DNA from: Takakia lepidozioides | Lineage: Eukaryota; Plantae; Bryophyta | NCBI GenBank assembly: GCA_030704615.1 | Contig: JAKLZA010000010.1 | Coordinates: forward strand, 62,001-126,000 | Length of the DNA: 64,000 nucleotides | Reading direction: 5' to 3' | Shown: in pieces, positions 36,366-47,781 of the stretch | Numbering within the stretch: the stretch's first letter is position 1 | Layout of the letters: each line of letters begins with the position of its first letter | Program-made: the position numbers and the translations under genes | The notes under the pieces: model-generated | Database searches by the model: none | The model's input: only the letters and a program-made list of their open reading frames with translations | What the model was told of the DNA's origin: nothing

Positions 36366-38422
36366 CTCGAGAAAGATGACCTCTTACCTGTGAGTGCAAG
36401 GTAGGAGTTGAGGGTTAGCACTTGTACGATTACCTGTGTGTAAGTAGTGCTTAGTTTTAGAAGCTTAGAAGGAAAAAAAAAAACAAAACAAAATATGCAG
36501 GTTTCGATCAGCGTTGGTTCTGGCATGAGGCCGCCGGGCATGATGGAGCTACACTGCATGGAAGCAGCCTTTGTTTTGGTCGGTGAGGAGACATCATGGA
36601 GTAGCAGCGATTGGCCATTGGGAAACTGACCAAGTGCGAGACTTAAAGGAGGAGCCTGTGATCGAGCAGATGGGTAGAACTCCCGTGCCTGGAGATGGCC
36701 GGGCTGCTCGCCTTAGTTCGATGTGCACAGACCAGTGTTAAATTAGAACCAGGACAGACCAGAAGCGGTCAGGAAAGGCAGCGGAAGAGCAGGTGGAGCT
36801 GGTGTAGCGGAGCCAGTTGAAGGAGGAGCTGTAAATCTGCTCCCTCCAGTAAATGCAGCGCCGGCAGGTAGAGCATGGCGCAGCGAGCTGGTTGAAGGTG
36901 CAGGGCCCGAGAGAGAAAGCCTAGCACAAAGCGATGGAGAACGGGGAGCCCATTGCTGGCATATCATCAACACTGCAAAACCAGGAGTCTCACAAATCTT
37001 CATGCTACTTGTGATTGTGGCTGGGAAAGCTGCTTTCACCTGGTCGATTATCTGCATAAGCAACCAACTTTCTGACAAAAAGGGTTGTTGGGGGCATTGT
37101 TGATTTCGGAGAGTGCAAGGTGCAAAGTCGTTTTCGTTTTTTAAGTGCTTCAGGTTTGTACAAAGCCAAGTAGCTGTTGCTGCCTTGCACCTTGGGTCCA
37201 CCATTTTGATGTGGAAACTGGTGGAAAGTCGAATGGTGGTTCACAACCCAGCTTTCAACTCAGCACACTGCCCGAGTCCAAGATTGTGGCGATACAGGTC
37301 AAGGGAGCTCCAGCTCTATTTGTCTCATCATTGAACACTTCCAACTGATCACTTGCCTCTACTGTCATTTCGGCGTCAAGGGTACTTACTTCTGCACAGG
37401 CGAGCAGGGGAGGAAATGCGAAGACTCGTAGCAGGAGAAGCAATGCTGACGGATGAGGCCAGCGGACGAGAGCTTCCAAGGGTTGATGGAGAGGCGGCGG
37501 AAGGAGGCTGCAGATTGAGTTCCACTTTACTGAGGCAATCGCAAATTCCTGTAGAGACTTGATAACTATATGATTGTCTCTCTTATACTGGAGCTGATGC
37601 AGATGGACCCAGGCCTTGGGTCTACATGCTGAGCATGGTTCACTTTCTTTTCCTGGCAGTGAAGTCGTCTGTGCCTTGTGGGGGTGGTGACGGGGCAATC
37701 TGGTGCCTGTTGTCGCCGATCCCTGACCTGTAGAATGCACACAAAAGCAAACACGAGCAGTAACAGGAAGGTGGAAACCATTCTAAGCCAACAATAATCG
37801 TTGGCGAGAGATGCGAATTAGACCAAGTTGATGGAACTTCAAGCTGGTCTTGGCTTTGGATTCCATGCAAAGACGGCCACATCACAGCAGGCCGCCTGTC
37901 CATAAGCCATGAAGGTGCTGCGCAGTGCATCTGCTCTTGAAATCGCCCCAATTCCTGGTTTGTAGTCTCTAGGTCTCGAGGAGGCAGGCCCACGTGCAGA
38001 GAAAGCAAATCGTGATACCCCACCCAACTGAGGTCGAGTGTTGGAATTAACGAGCTCTTGGTGCCTGGAGAATCCTGGAGGGGAACGACCTCGGGAACTC
38101 GTAGATAACCTGGGAACAGGTTGTAATGGCAAAAGCGTTTTGGTGTTAAAAAAAAAAAAAACTTTTTTTTTTGATCTAATTTAAATGTTTAAAGAGCCTG
38201 GTTGGTCATATCTTTGTCAAATGAGCTCCGTTTGACTCAGTTTTTGAGGGATATCTGCAGAAAGGGGAAATCTACCTATCTAGACCTGGTTTCTGTTTTT
38301 GGGACTCTGCTAAAAATCTATGGAATTTTTAGAGTGTGAGTGTGCCATGAAAGATCCACAATCCTGTCTCTAGAACCTGTGCTGGTCTATATGAGAGACA
38401 AATTGGTGGATGTACTCCTTGC

Positions 38423-39171
38423 ATGGCTGGGGGAAATGAGGACGTAATTGAAGGGCATGTCTCTTCTCTTAGTCTGTGCACACAAGGGGACAGGATTTAT
38501 GTTTCCCAAGGAACTCAGACTGATTTGAGTGGAGAACAGTTGGACGAGTTGATTGCATACTGGGAGTCAGGCATTAGCAGTAGACAACAGACTGCTGTAG
38601 TTGGCATTGAGGGCCTCAATATCGCCTTGGACAGTCAGAACTCTGTTGGAGCCAGCAGTTCTGCAGCTGTAGGTGAAATACCAAAGTGGGTGAAAGCTAG
38701 GCTTGGAACACAGCCAAAGACAGCCCCGGGGACCAAGGTGTTCAGTCACAAGGCCGTGGTGTACTGGAGCAGAGGAGCAGGAGCTACACAAGTTTGTGCA
38801 ATCAGACATGATTGCAGCCGGATACGCTCTGCACAGGGCAACCACGAGCGGGGGTTCATCAGCAATGACATGTTTGTTGTGCGTGAAGGAGATGCAGTCA
38901 TTCGCAATGAGGACACCCGCAACCGTCTCAAAGCTTTCGAGTTGAGAGACTATCAACCCTACCTTTGTTTTCTTTAGTGTTCAGTGAGCGGGAGATAGGG
39001 GAGTATTGCTTTGTCTCTACCTGGCAGAAAGAGGAGGAGGGTTGGTTAGAGCGAGCTACTGTAGCTTGGGACAAGGTTAGTGGCAGGTTTCTGGACATAG
39101 ATATACCTCCTACACCTTACCATCATGCAGAGCGAGGCACTTTGAGAGAAGTCTGGCAGTTGATAGCATAG
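38423..39171 (+). CDS. Extra ORF upstream of gag, unknown function (likely one frameshift near 38970)
   Basis: ATG-initiated 184-aa ORF continued by an overlapping 68-aa ORF; no recognisable motif. Confidence 0.4.
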
Positions 39172-39690
39172 ATCAGGATTAGATCTTGCTTGGTCGGGCT
39201 TCTATTCTTCCCCTCCATCTCTGTACTATTTTCATTACCTTGTACTTGTAGTTGCCAAAGCCTCTCTTGGTGGAGGCCAGTCAGTCCGGGGTTTTGGGCT
39301 GGGATATTCTGCAGGATCAGCATTGCTGCTGGATTTTGGTGTGGGGGTGTTGATGTTTTGATTTCTTGTGTTTGGATCCCCCCCAACACCTGCATGCTTG
39401 ACTGTGCGCCATGTTGGTTTTGTGTGGGCGCTTGCTTTCATAGGGATTAGGCCGGATTTGATCACCGGTCAATCCTAGAGTATGCTGTCGGTGGTGAGGC
39501 TGGAGTGATGACCAGCAAGACCACCAGTGTTTCTTCTATGGTGAGGCTGGGTTGATGACCAGCCAACCATAGGAGTTCTTGCGGTGGATGCAGGTGCAGG
39601 TGCCCTGAGCCATTGGGATATGACCCTTAGACTGCAACAGGTGCCCACCCGTGTCACTATTAGATTAGTACTAGAGCCTTATAGTGTCAC

Positions 39691-41157
39691 GTGGAGGAGG
39701 TGCACATTGTGAGTGTCATTACGGAGTTACCCAAGGGTTTTGAGGGGAGTACGGCTACAAGCAGTGACAGTGAGAGTGGGGTCACAAGACGAGGTATTCG
39801 GTTCAGACCACCTTCACCGCCACCCTCAACTACTGTAGAGTCAGACACAGACTCGGAGGCTTCATCAACAGGTGTGCACTTTCATTCGCCATTGTTGTGG
39901 GACGACATGGAGGAGATGTATGGAGCTACCAAGGGGCCTCGTAGGTACTCTGGAGCTGTGGGCACAATCGAGTTGGATGACTTTATCCAGGAGTTCGACA
40001 GCTGGTGTGATTTGCAGCAGATGCGCAATCCACAGCTATTCACCCCATTCATGGCGTGGAAGGGACTGTTCCAGCATTTGGAAGGCCCGCCTATGGACGA
40101 TTACCACGAGTTCAGGCGAGGACATGAAGCAGAGATTGAGGAGTGGAGGATGTATTGGTCACCTGACTACGTCTCCATTACTCGAGGCACGACGCGACCA
40201 GTAGCTGCATCAGTACCAATAGCTCCCACTGCCAGCACTAGTAGTGGAGCAAGTAGTGCTGGTACTTCTGAAGGTGGTACCAGTTCAAAAGGTGCTTCTC
40301 CTGCCACGACTACAACACATGTGCCAAGATTCAACCCGGTGGTGGAGTTCTTCCAGGAGTTGCGGAGGAACTACCAAGGTGTACGGACAGAGAAGCTGCG
40401 AAGTTTGCAAGACTTCCAGCGCAAACCCAGTGAGAGCCTGCGAGAGGCGTACACTCGTATGAGGCGCTTGATAAGTGTGACCCAAGGGGTTACTGAAGCT
40501 CAGGCAATCCAGTTTTGGTATGGAATTCTGGACAAGGAGCTCAAGAGAAGGGTGCGAGATGCAACCCTGTTACAAGCAGCCCAACCCACATTAGCAGATG
40601 TGTTTCTGCTGGCTGAGCGGATTGAGCTCAACATGGTGGAGGAGCGAGTTGTTACAATTGGATTTGGTAAGGACATGCCTGTACGGGGCACAGCTGTCAG
40701 CCCACAAGCACAAGGGACTGCCCAACAGCGTGGTCAGGGGGGCAAGGTTGCCCAGCCCAAGTTCCATGGAGCTTACAGGGGACCTCAGGTGCAGAGGCCC
40801 GTGGCATCTTTTGCAGGCCAACAGCAACCAGGGGTGATATGTTGGACATGTGGAGGACCCCATGTCAAGAGAGATTGCCCAGAGAGTGGCAGAAGGCCGG
40901 CACAAGCACAGCCTGCACAGTTGCAGTGTGGGCATTGTGGCAAGTATGGGCATGGAGATGCCCAGTGTTATGACTTGCATCCTGAGTTGCGCCCAGGCCA
41001 GTTCCAAGGGAAACAATGGTGGCCGGGGGCGAGGTGGACCAGCCCAAAGAGGACGAGGTGGTCGGGCACGAGGTGCAGGCCAAGGGCAACCTCCATGGCC
41101 AAGGACGCGGAGGTCAGGGTGTTGACCAAGGCATGGCCAATCGGCTTCAGCAGCTAG
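39691..41157 (+). CDS. gag: Gag with two zinc knuckles
   Basis: FQRKPSESLREAYTR (major-homology-like), CWTCGGPHVKRDC and CGHCGKYGHGDAQC. Confidence 0.85.
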   Translation: MEEVHIVSVITELPKGFEGSTATSSDSESGVTRRGIRFRPPSPPPSTTVESDTDSEASSTGVHFHSPLLWDDMEEMYGATKGPRRYSGAVGTIELDDFIQEFDSWCDLQQMRNPQLFTPFMAWKGLFQHLEGPPMDDYHEFRRGHEAEIEEWRMYWSPDYVSITRGTTRPVAASVPIAPTASTSSGASSAGTSEGGTSSKGASPATTTTHVPRFNPVVEFFQELRRNYQGVRTEKLRSLQDFQRKPSESLREAYTRMRRLISVTQGVTEAQAIQFWYGILDKELKRRVRDATLLQAAQPTLADVFLLAERIELNMVEERVVTIGFGKDMPVRGTAVSPQAQGTAQQRGQGGKVAQPKFHGAYRGPQVQRPVASFAGQQQPGVICWTCGGPHVKRDCPESGRRPAQAQPAQLQCGHCGKYGHGDAQCYDLHPELRPGQFQGKQWWPGARWTSPKRTRWSGTRCRPRATSMAKDAEVRVLTKAWPIGFSS

Positions 41158-41355
41158 AGCAGAGGCTCGCTGCCATGGCTATAGCTCAGGCGGTACCGGC
41201 TCCCAGGCGGGATGGCCCACCTCCTGCTCCTGAGGGAGGAGATATGGGCGGAATGGGATTCATGTGCGGAGCAGCACTACCATTAGAGCAGGTGGAGTCT
41301 GCTGCAGCCGTGACTCGAGGAGCACACACGAGTTCCTGAGCCACGAGGTGCAGAG

Positions 41356-42506
41356 GTGGAGTTGGATCCACAACGTGGGGAGGCAAGCCGTCAGGCAAGG
41401 CTGCCTCAGTCATTCACCTTGGCGGAGACAGTGTCAACGCCATCCATGGCACCTAGTTCTCGCCCGACTGTTACCGAGGCGGAGGTTACTATGCCATTGG
41501 GGAAGAGCTACCGTGCAGCACTGACACCTGCTACCAAGGCTAGTGCAGCCGGTGTGTTATTGGGAGGCAGCCACCTCTGTGTGTCAAGCCCCACTGTTCT
41601 CGGCGACCATGATTGCGACGCCGGGAGTGAGCCAGCTGCAGTGTTCAGACTAGCAGCAACACTCTGCGAGAGTGGAGAGGTCACTTCATCTTCTGCGGAG
41701 TTAGTGGAAGGTGTAGTGGCAGAGGGATCCTCGGATTTGAGGGTCAAGACTGCCACGGCAGCGCCCTGGCAAGCTGCAGCTGCCAGATTGACGGAGCTGC
41801 CAGCTAGGCCAGCCTTTGAGCGCGCCATGGTGACACCTGGAGTTGTCTTGTTAGACAACCAGGGAGGCATTTTCACTTTGAGTGGACCGGCAGGCAAGAA
41901 GTACCGGCCACTGCGGGTCTTGTTGGACTCAGGAGCTCAGCCACTGATGTTGGGCAGAGCTGCTATTGCAGGTTTGGGCCTCATGGAGGCGGATATGGAG
42001 CCTTGTCCTTTCCAGATACAGACATCTCTGGGAGGATCAGAGCAGGCTCGCGCATGACACGGCATCAGTTGGCTATTAGACTGCAGCCGGATCATCCTGT
42101 AGATGGCTCAGTGATGCGAGCCAAGGCCATTGTGACAGACGCGGTCTCTTACGATGTCCTCGTTGGTGGGGCAGTGTTATACCCCATGGGCTTCACCCTG
42201 GATTTCTGGGAGGAGTCAGCATCCTACAGGCCTGGATGGCAGTCAGGGGATGGTCGCCGTGCACAGCTCCCTGTGACATTCATTGGGGTATTGCAGCTGC
42301 CTGGGGCAGCGGGCAAGATGCCAACACTAGCCGCCTTCACAGCTGCAGTTAGTTGGCCTGGAGAGTTGCTGGAAGGCAATGCCCATGCAGAGGATGTGCC
42401 ACCTCCAGCAGAGCAGGATGACATGCATGGTACGGCGGAGTTGCCTGCCATGGTTGCTCACACTCCGTTGTGGGGTACGAGCAAGGATTTGCAGCAACGC
42501 TGCTGA
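41356..42506 (+). CDS. Aspartic protease region of pol (frameshifted)
   Basis: VLLDSGAQ active site and downstream YDVLVG. Confidence 0.8.
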
Positions 42507-42639
42507 TGGACGGGTGCAACAAGCTTGGGTAGAAGCTTTTGTACCGTCAGGAGAGGAGGAGAGTGCGGTGATTGTACCAGGGCCACCTCAGTTGTCGCCA
42601 TTGGACACCACACCTCTTGTGTGGCAGCGACCGGATGAA

Positions 42640-43570
42640 GGCATATGCCTTCTGGACTTATTTGGCGGGATCAGCACTGGATTGGCTGCAGTGCTGGCAG
42701 GCAGGTGTACGAGTTCGACGTTACCTGTATGTGGAGAGGGATGAGACTGCACGACGCGTCTCACTGCGCCATGTTGCTCAGATGGTGCACAGCACCCTGA
42801 GTTGTTGCCGGTGTCTGCAGTTCGTGGATATCAGCAGGCCTTGCCAGCAGACATTGCGTTGCTGGGCGCAGGATTTGGAGCGGGTTGGCTCCATTGATCT
42901 GGTAGTGGCAGGTTGGCCCTGCCAAGGGCATTCATCAGCCGGGCATGGCAATGGATTGCGAGACTCGAGGACGGGTCTGTTTTGGGAGATGGTGCGGATT
43001 TTGCGCCACTTGCAGCTTCATCAGGCTGTATCTCCGTCATACATCTTGGATAGATTGATGCCACTGATGGGTGTGCATCAAGTCCGGTCGTGGCTTGGGT
43101 CAGCAGTGTTGCTGGATGCAGCTGCAGTGGGGTCACGGGCTCATCGTCCACGACTATGGTGGACTAACTTGACCACCCGCACTGCTCAAGATGGGGGTGC
43201 AGCGGCCAGCACACCTCACCGTGGATGGCATTTTGGACACAGGAAGGCAGTCTCAACGTGTGAGACACGATGACCGTTCGCCTTTGGCAGTGGTCAACAG
43301 GGTGGGTCAACCACGAGCAGCATTACCTACACTGCTCAGCTTCCCAGGATCCCATGCTTTTCGGGATGGTGGACCTGGCCTCCTGTGGGATGCTCAGTTG
43401 CAGCAGTTAGTGGAGCCTAATGCCGACGAGCGAGAGCGGGCTATGGGGTTTTCCACTGGGACCACGGCGGTGCCTTCTCTTTCTGAGGCATCACGTCGTC
43501 AGGTGTTGGGGCAAGCAATGGATCTCAATTGCTTGACCTGGATTGTCAGCTTGGCTATGGCTGAGCAACG
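42640..43570 (+). pseudogene. C5 cytosine DNA methyltransferase domain embedded in pol
   Basis: Motif I LDLFGGI, II YVERD, IV DLVVAGWPCQG, VIII HRPRLWW, IX ERERAMGF, X QVLGQAM. Motif VI ENV is not found; frameshifts present. Confidence 0.85.
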
Positions 43571-44012
43571 TAGAGTGCGGAGTGCACTTCCCTTGACGGT
43601 CTCTCTGCCTACCGAGACGGTACAGGCAGCGAGTGGGGGCGAGCCGGTGAGGACCACGAGGTGTAGACATCCATGGCACATGTGGGAGGTGCTCGAGGTT
43701 CAGAGGGAGTTGGCAGCGAAGGCAGCTGTGATGGATGAGGTTGGGGATTCTTCTCGGGATGAGGAGGTTCTCAATGATGAGATGATGGGGCAGGATGAGG
43801 CCTTGTCATTGACTGAGCAGGAAGGGGGTACTGCTCAAGAGGTTGCAGCATAGCAACCACGGGACGCGTCCTCTACCTCTAAGCCCACTGGACTTAAGGT
43901 TGCAGTTACGGAGGACAATTGGGAGCCTGATATTGGACCCATTGTCACCGGAGGAGAGAGACGACGTATACGGCGGTTCCTGAGGGCTTATAGGAATTGC
44001 TTTGCCTTCAGT

Positions 44013-46988
44013 TTGAAGGACTTGGGAGCACTGAAGGGTCAAGAGATCCGTATTGAGTTGGCCACTGACACGCCAATCTTTCGGAGACCCTATAGATACA
44101 GTGACATGGAGAGGTCTTTGATTCAGATGAGGACTCAAGATCTCTGGGAGGCAGGTTTGGTGGAGCTCTCTGGTGGAGAGTATGCTTCAGCCACAGTGAT
44201 GCCAGCTAAGAAGGATGTCTATGGCAATTGGACGGAGAGACGTATGTGCGGTGATTACCGGCCTGTAAATCGTCAGACCAAGTCCGATAGGTATGCCATG
44301 CCAACACCAGAGGAGATCTTTGATGCCATTGGGCATTCCAAGGTCTTTAGCACGTTGGATTTACGATCCGGATATCACCAGTTGCCGATCAAGGAGGCGG
44401 ATAAGCAAAAGACGGCATTCTGGGGGATCAATGAGCACGGGAAGGATTGCCTATACCAGTGGCGGTTCTTACCATTTGGGCTTAAAAACGCTCCCGCTGA
44501 GTTTCAAAGAGTCATGGACAGGATTCTAGCAGGGGTGGAGTTTGCTCGGTGCTACATAGATGACATCATCATCTTTAGTGCTACGGTGGAGGAGCATGAG
44601 AGACACCTTCAGGGGGTATTTGAGCGCTTGAGGACGCACGGATTGAAGTTACATCCGGGCAAGTGCAAGTTTTTCCACAACCAGATTGAGTATCTGGGTC
44701 ACATGATATATCCTGGAGGATTGGGGGTACAACAGACTAAGGTAGAGTCCATTGCACAGGTTCCACGCCCCACGGATGTGAGCCGAGTTCGAGCTTTCAT
44801 GGGGTTAGCAAACTATTACAGACGGTTTGTTAAGGGATTTAGTGCCATTGCAAAGGCTCTAACCAAGCTGACCAAGGTGGACCAGGAGTGGCAGTGGGAA
44901 GATGAGCAAGAACAAGCTTTTCAAGAGCTCAAGGCGAGGTTGACCTCGGCGCCCATCTTGAGACGACCTATCAGGGGGCGTCCTTTTCAGCTGCATACAG
45001 ATTGGAGCATGCTGGGGCTTGGAGCGGTGCTCACACAGGTGGATGATGAGGGAAGAGAGTTCGTAGTGGCTTATGCTAGCCGCTCGAACAATGCTGCAGA
45101 GTCTAAGTATAGCTCATATGAGGGAGAATGCTTAGCTGCAGTGTGGGCCGTGGCACACTTCAGGTGCTATCTATACGGCAATCTCTTCACCCTTGTCACG
45201 GATCACCAACCACTCAAGTGGTTGATGGAGTCAGACAAGCTTACGGGGAAGCTTGCACGGTGGGCACTCATCCTTCAAGAGTATGACTTTCAGGTGGTGC
45301 ATCGACCGGGTTTGGTCAATCGAAATGCAGATGGGTTGAGTCGCAATCCATGCACGAGCCAGCAGGATGACACTGGAGCTCGGTGGCATGGTGAGACGGA
45401 CGAGGAGATGGTGCCCGGATGGCATGCATCTGCATTTCTGTGTATCTTGGCAGCGGAAGGCCAGGTTGGACCTACAACAGGGATGACTGTAGATCAAGTG
45501 TCTGAGGACCCTGAGGCCAGCAATGAGCAGGGTGGCGCCAAAGATATACATGAGGATTCAGTTGTGTTGGACTACCTCCGCAGTGGAGACACGACAGCCA
45601 CTATGACTGCCAAGGAGAGGGATCGGATCCTACAACGAGCCAAGAGGTTCAGGTGGGAGGGGACACACCTGCTCCGAGTGTGGGAGGATGGTCGAGTGAG
45701 GATTGTGCCTCACCCAACACAGCGGGCACGGTTAGTGCGGCATGCCCATGAGGAGTTGGGGCATTTTGGGGTGCGACGCACTCATAGTCTACTGCAGGGG
45801 CAGTATTGGTGGCGTGGTATGCACACAGAGGTGCAACAATTTGTGGCTAGGTGCATGGTGTGTGACAGGGTGCGTGCTTCATTCAACGCCCCTACTCCAC
45901 AATTGCACCCTCTTCCGATCATGGGATTGGGCTACAGGTGGAGTCTTGACTTCGCAGGGCCGTTGCCACTGACCATGCGCCACAACAAGTACGTGTTGGT
46001 GATGGTGGAGCACTTCTCCAAGTGGATTGAATTGGTTCCATTGCCTGATAAGGCTAGTGAGGGAGCTGCGTATGCATTCCTGGATTGTGTGCTTAGCCGA
46101 TTCGGTGCTCCAGCTGAGGTACTCACGGACCAAGGGAGAGAGTTCTTGGGGGAGTTTCAGGCTTTGTGTGACAAGGCCTTGATAGACCACCGCACCACTT
46201 CTCGGGATCATCCTGAAGCCGATGGCTTGGCAGAGAGAGTTGTTCAGACAGTAAAGAGGGGTTTGCGCAAGTATGGCTTGCAGAAGGGACACCTAGGAGA
46301 TTGGGACCTTCAGTTACCCTGGTTAGCCATGGGCTACAGGTTCAGCAAGCAAGCATCACTTGCCTCCTTCTCACCATACTTTCTTCTCTTTGGCCGAGAG
46401 CCGGATTTGCCTACATCCATTCGCAGAGAAGCTGCTACAGTTCTTAACCTTGACGATCCGGACGTGTGGGCACGTGCATGTGAGCAGCGTGCAGAGTTGT
46501 TCAAGAGAGTCATGCCCATGGCTTTCGAGAACCTTGCCATTGCACAACACCGTGATACGTTGAGGTATGCTACCATACGTGGTGGGGGCTATCGTCCTGG
46601 GGTTCGGAGATTCAACCCTGGTGACTATGTCTATCTGCAGCAGACTGCTCCTACGACCCTGGATGTGACTGCAGGACGTGTTATTTTGAGGGTTCGAGAG
46701 GTCTTGCCCTCAGGCGTCTTGGTCTTGGAGGGTCGGGATGGCATAACTTGGAAGGACCATGTGCGTAATTGTGCGCCATGTCACCTTCCGAATGTCGATG
46801 GCAGGATTGACCCAAACCTGGCAGTGGTATCTGCAGGTTTGAGGTGCATGTTGTGTGGGTCTGCTAAAGGGGCAGCCACCATGCTGGTGTGTGATCGATG
46901 CTCTAGAGGTTGGCATATGGGATGCTTGACTCCACCTCTTGAGATGGTTCCGGATGGGGATTGGTTATGTCCACATTGCATTGGATAG
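44013..46988 (+). CDS. pol: Pol: reverse transcriptase, RNase H, DDE integrase, C-terminal PHD finger
   Basis: LDLRSGYHQ, PFGLKNAP, YIDD; LHTDWS, TDHQPL; HHCC, LDFAGP, TDQG, DGLAE; C4HC3 CMLC..CDRC..WHMGC..WLCPHC. Confidence 0.97.
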   Translation: MKDLGALKGQEIRIELATDTPIFRRPYRYSDMERSLIQMRTQDLWEAGLVELSGGEYASATVMPAKKDVYGNWTERRMCGDYRPVNRQTKSDRYAMPTPEEIFDAIGHSKVFSTLDLRSGYHQLPIKEADKQKTAFWGINEHGKDCLYQWRFLPFGLKNAPAEFQRVMDRILAGVEFARCYIDDIIIFSATVEEHERHLQGVFERLRTHGLKLHPGKCKFFHNQIEYLGHMIYPGGLGVQQTKVESIAQVPRPTDVSRVRAFMGLANYYRRFVKGFSAIAKALTKLTKVDQEWQWEDEQEQAFQELKARLTSAPILRRPIRGRPFQLHTDWSMLGLGAVLTQVDDEGREFVVAYASRSNNAAESKYSSYEGECLAAVWAVAHFRCYLYGNLFTLVTDHQPLKWLMESDKLTGKLARWALILQEYDFQVVHRPGLVNRNADGLSRNPCTSQQDDTGARWHGETDEEMVPGWHASAFLCILAAEGQVGPTTGMTVDQVSEDPEASNEQGGAKDIHEDSVVLDYLRSGDTTATMTAKERDRILQRAKRFRWEGTHLLRVWEDGRVRIVPHPTQRARLVRHAHEELGHFGVRRTHSLLQGQYWWRGMHTEVQQFVARCMVCDRVRASFNAPTPQLHPLPIMGLGYRWSLDFAGPLPLTMRHNKYVLVMVEHFSKWIELVPLPDKASEGAAYAFLDCVLSRFGAPAEVLTDQGREFLGEFQALCDKALIDHRTTSRDHPEADGLAERVVQTVKRGLRKYGLQKGHLGDWDLQLPWLAMGYRFSKQASLASFSPYFLLFGREPDLPTSIRREAATVLNLDDPDVWARACEQRAELFKRVMPMAFENLAIAQHRDTLRYATIRGGGYRPGVRRFNPGDYVYLQQTAPTTLDVTAGRVILRVREVLPSGVLVLEGRDGITWKDHVRNCAPCHLPNVDGRIDPNLAVVSAGLRCMLCGSAKGAATMLVCDRCSRGWHMGCLTPPLEMVPDGDWLCPHCIG

Positions 46989-47248
46989 TGGGAGTGGATA
47001 CAACCATGGAAGGCTAACAAGAAACGCAAGGCCCAGCTACTAGGAGACCTTGAACACACGAGGTCCTGGCTCAAGTTCACAGATTGCAAGATGGCGACTA
47101 ACGATGGGGCTACTCTTGTACCCGGCCTCTTGGTCTATAGAGTTTGAGTACAATAGGGACAGTGATAGAGGACTTAGTACGGCTGTGGCTATTACATCTT
47201 GTAGCTATCTGGAGGTAGAGGGACCTATCCACCAGCTAGGGGGGCGAT

Positions 47249-47333
47249 TGTGGCAGACTACTTTATTGTGCATATATGTGTGGTGTGGTTTGGACAGCGA
47301 TGTAGTTGTGTAGCGATATGTATGCGCACGACA
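47249..47333 (+). repeat. Split direct repeat b1 (85 bp), preceded by PPT-like AGGGGGG (47238-47244)
   Basis: Matches 47697-47781 with 1 substitution. Confidence 0.95.
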
Positions 47334-47335
47334 GC

Positions 47336-47695
47336 TGTCAAGTTAAATAAGCACAGTGTGAAAACAGCTAGAATAAAACTAGTTATTTGTATTTAACACT
47401 TGGATTTAGGTCAAGTGTTAAATCAGGTGTCAAGTTTAGTTTGACACCTGGTCCGTCTTATCTTCACGAGAGCGGCAGTCGCGCGGCTCATCTTTCTCGA
47501 GTTGAGCCTGCGCGACCGAGCTCTTGTGTGCGTTTAGATCTGAGTTTACTCATGATGGGAGTGTAGGTTGTTGTGGGGTGGAGTCCCCATAGCTTGGGGT
47601 GCCCCTGGCTCGACTACTGTTTTAAAGAGTGATGGTTTTGGATTTCACATTGTTTCTTGTGTGGAGAGCAGTGTCATTTGTTAGCTTTCTTATCA
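47336..47695 (+). repeat. Split direct repeat a2
   Basis: Copy of 36006-36365. Confidence 0.95.
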
Positions 47696-47696
47696 T

Positions 47697-47781
47697 TGTG
47701 GCAGACTACTTTATTGTGCATATATGTGTGGTGTGGTTTGGACAGCGATGTAGTTGTGTAGCGATATGTATGCGCATGACA
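47697..47781 (+). repeat. Split direct repeat b2 (right terminus)
   Basis: Copy of 47249-47333; ends TGACA before the TSD. Confidence 0.95.

Larger units (their letters stand above)
36006..47781 (+). mobile_element. Ty3/gypsy retrotransposon (11.8 kb) with DNMT and PHD domains and split direct repeats; TSD ATGC
   Basis: TGTCA...TGACA termini; ATGC at 36002-36005 and 47782-47785; the empty site GTTGATGCACGTCC is visible in A2 (~22330). Domain order gag-PR-DNMT-RT-RH-IN. Confidence 0.93.

Noticed and set aside
36006-47781. DIRS/Ngaro tyrosine-recombinase retrotransposon
   Set aside because: No recognisable tyrosine recombinase; it has an aspartic protease, a DDE integrase and a TSD.
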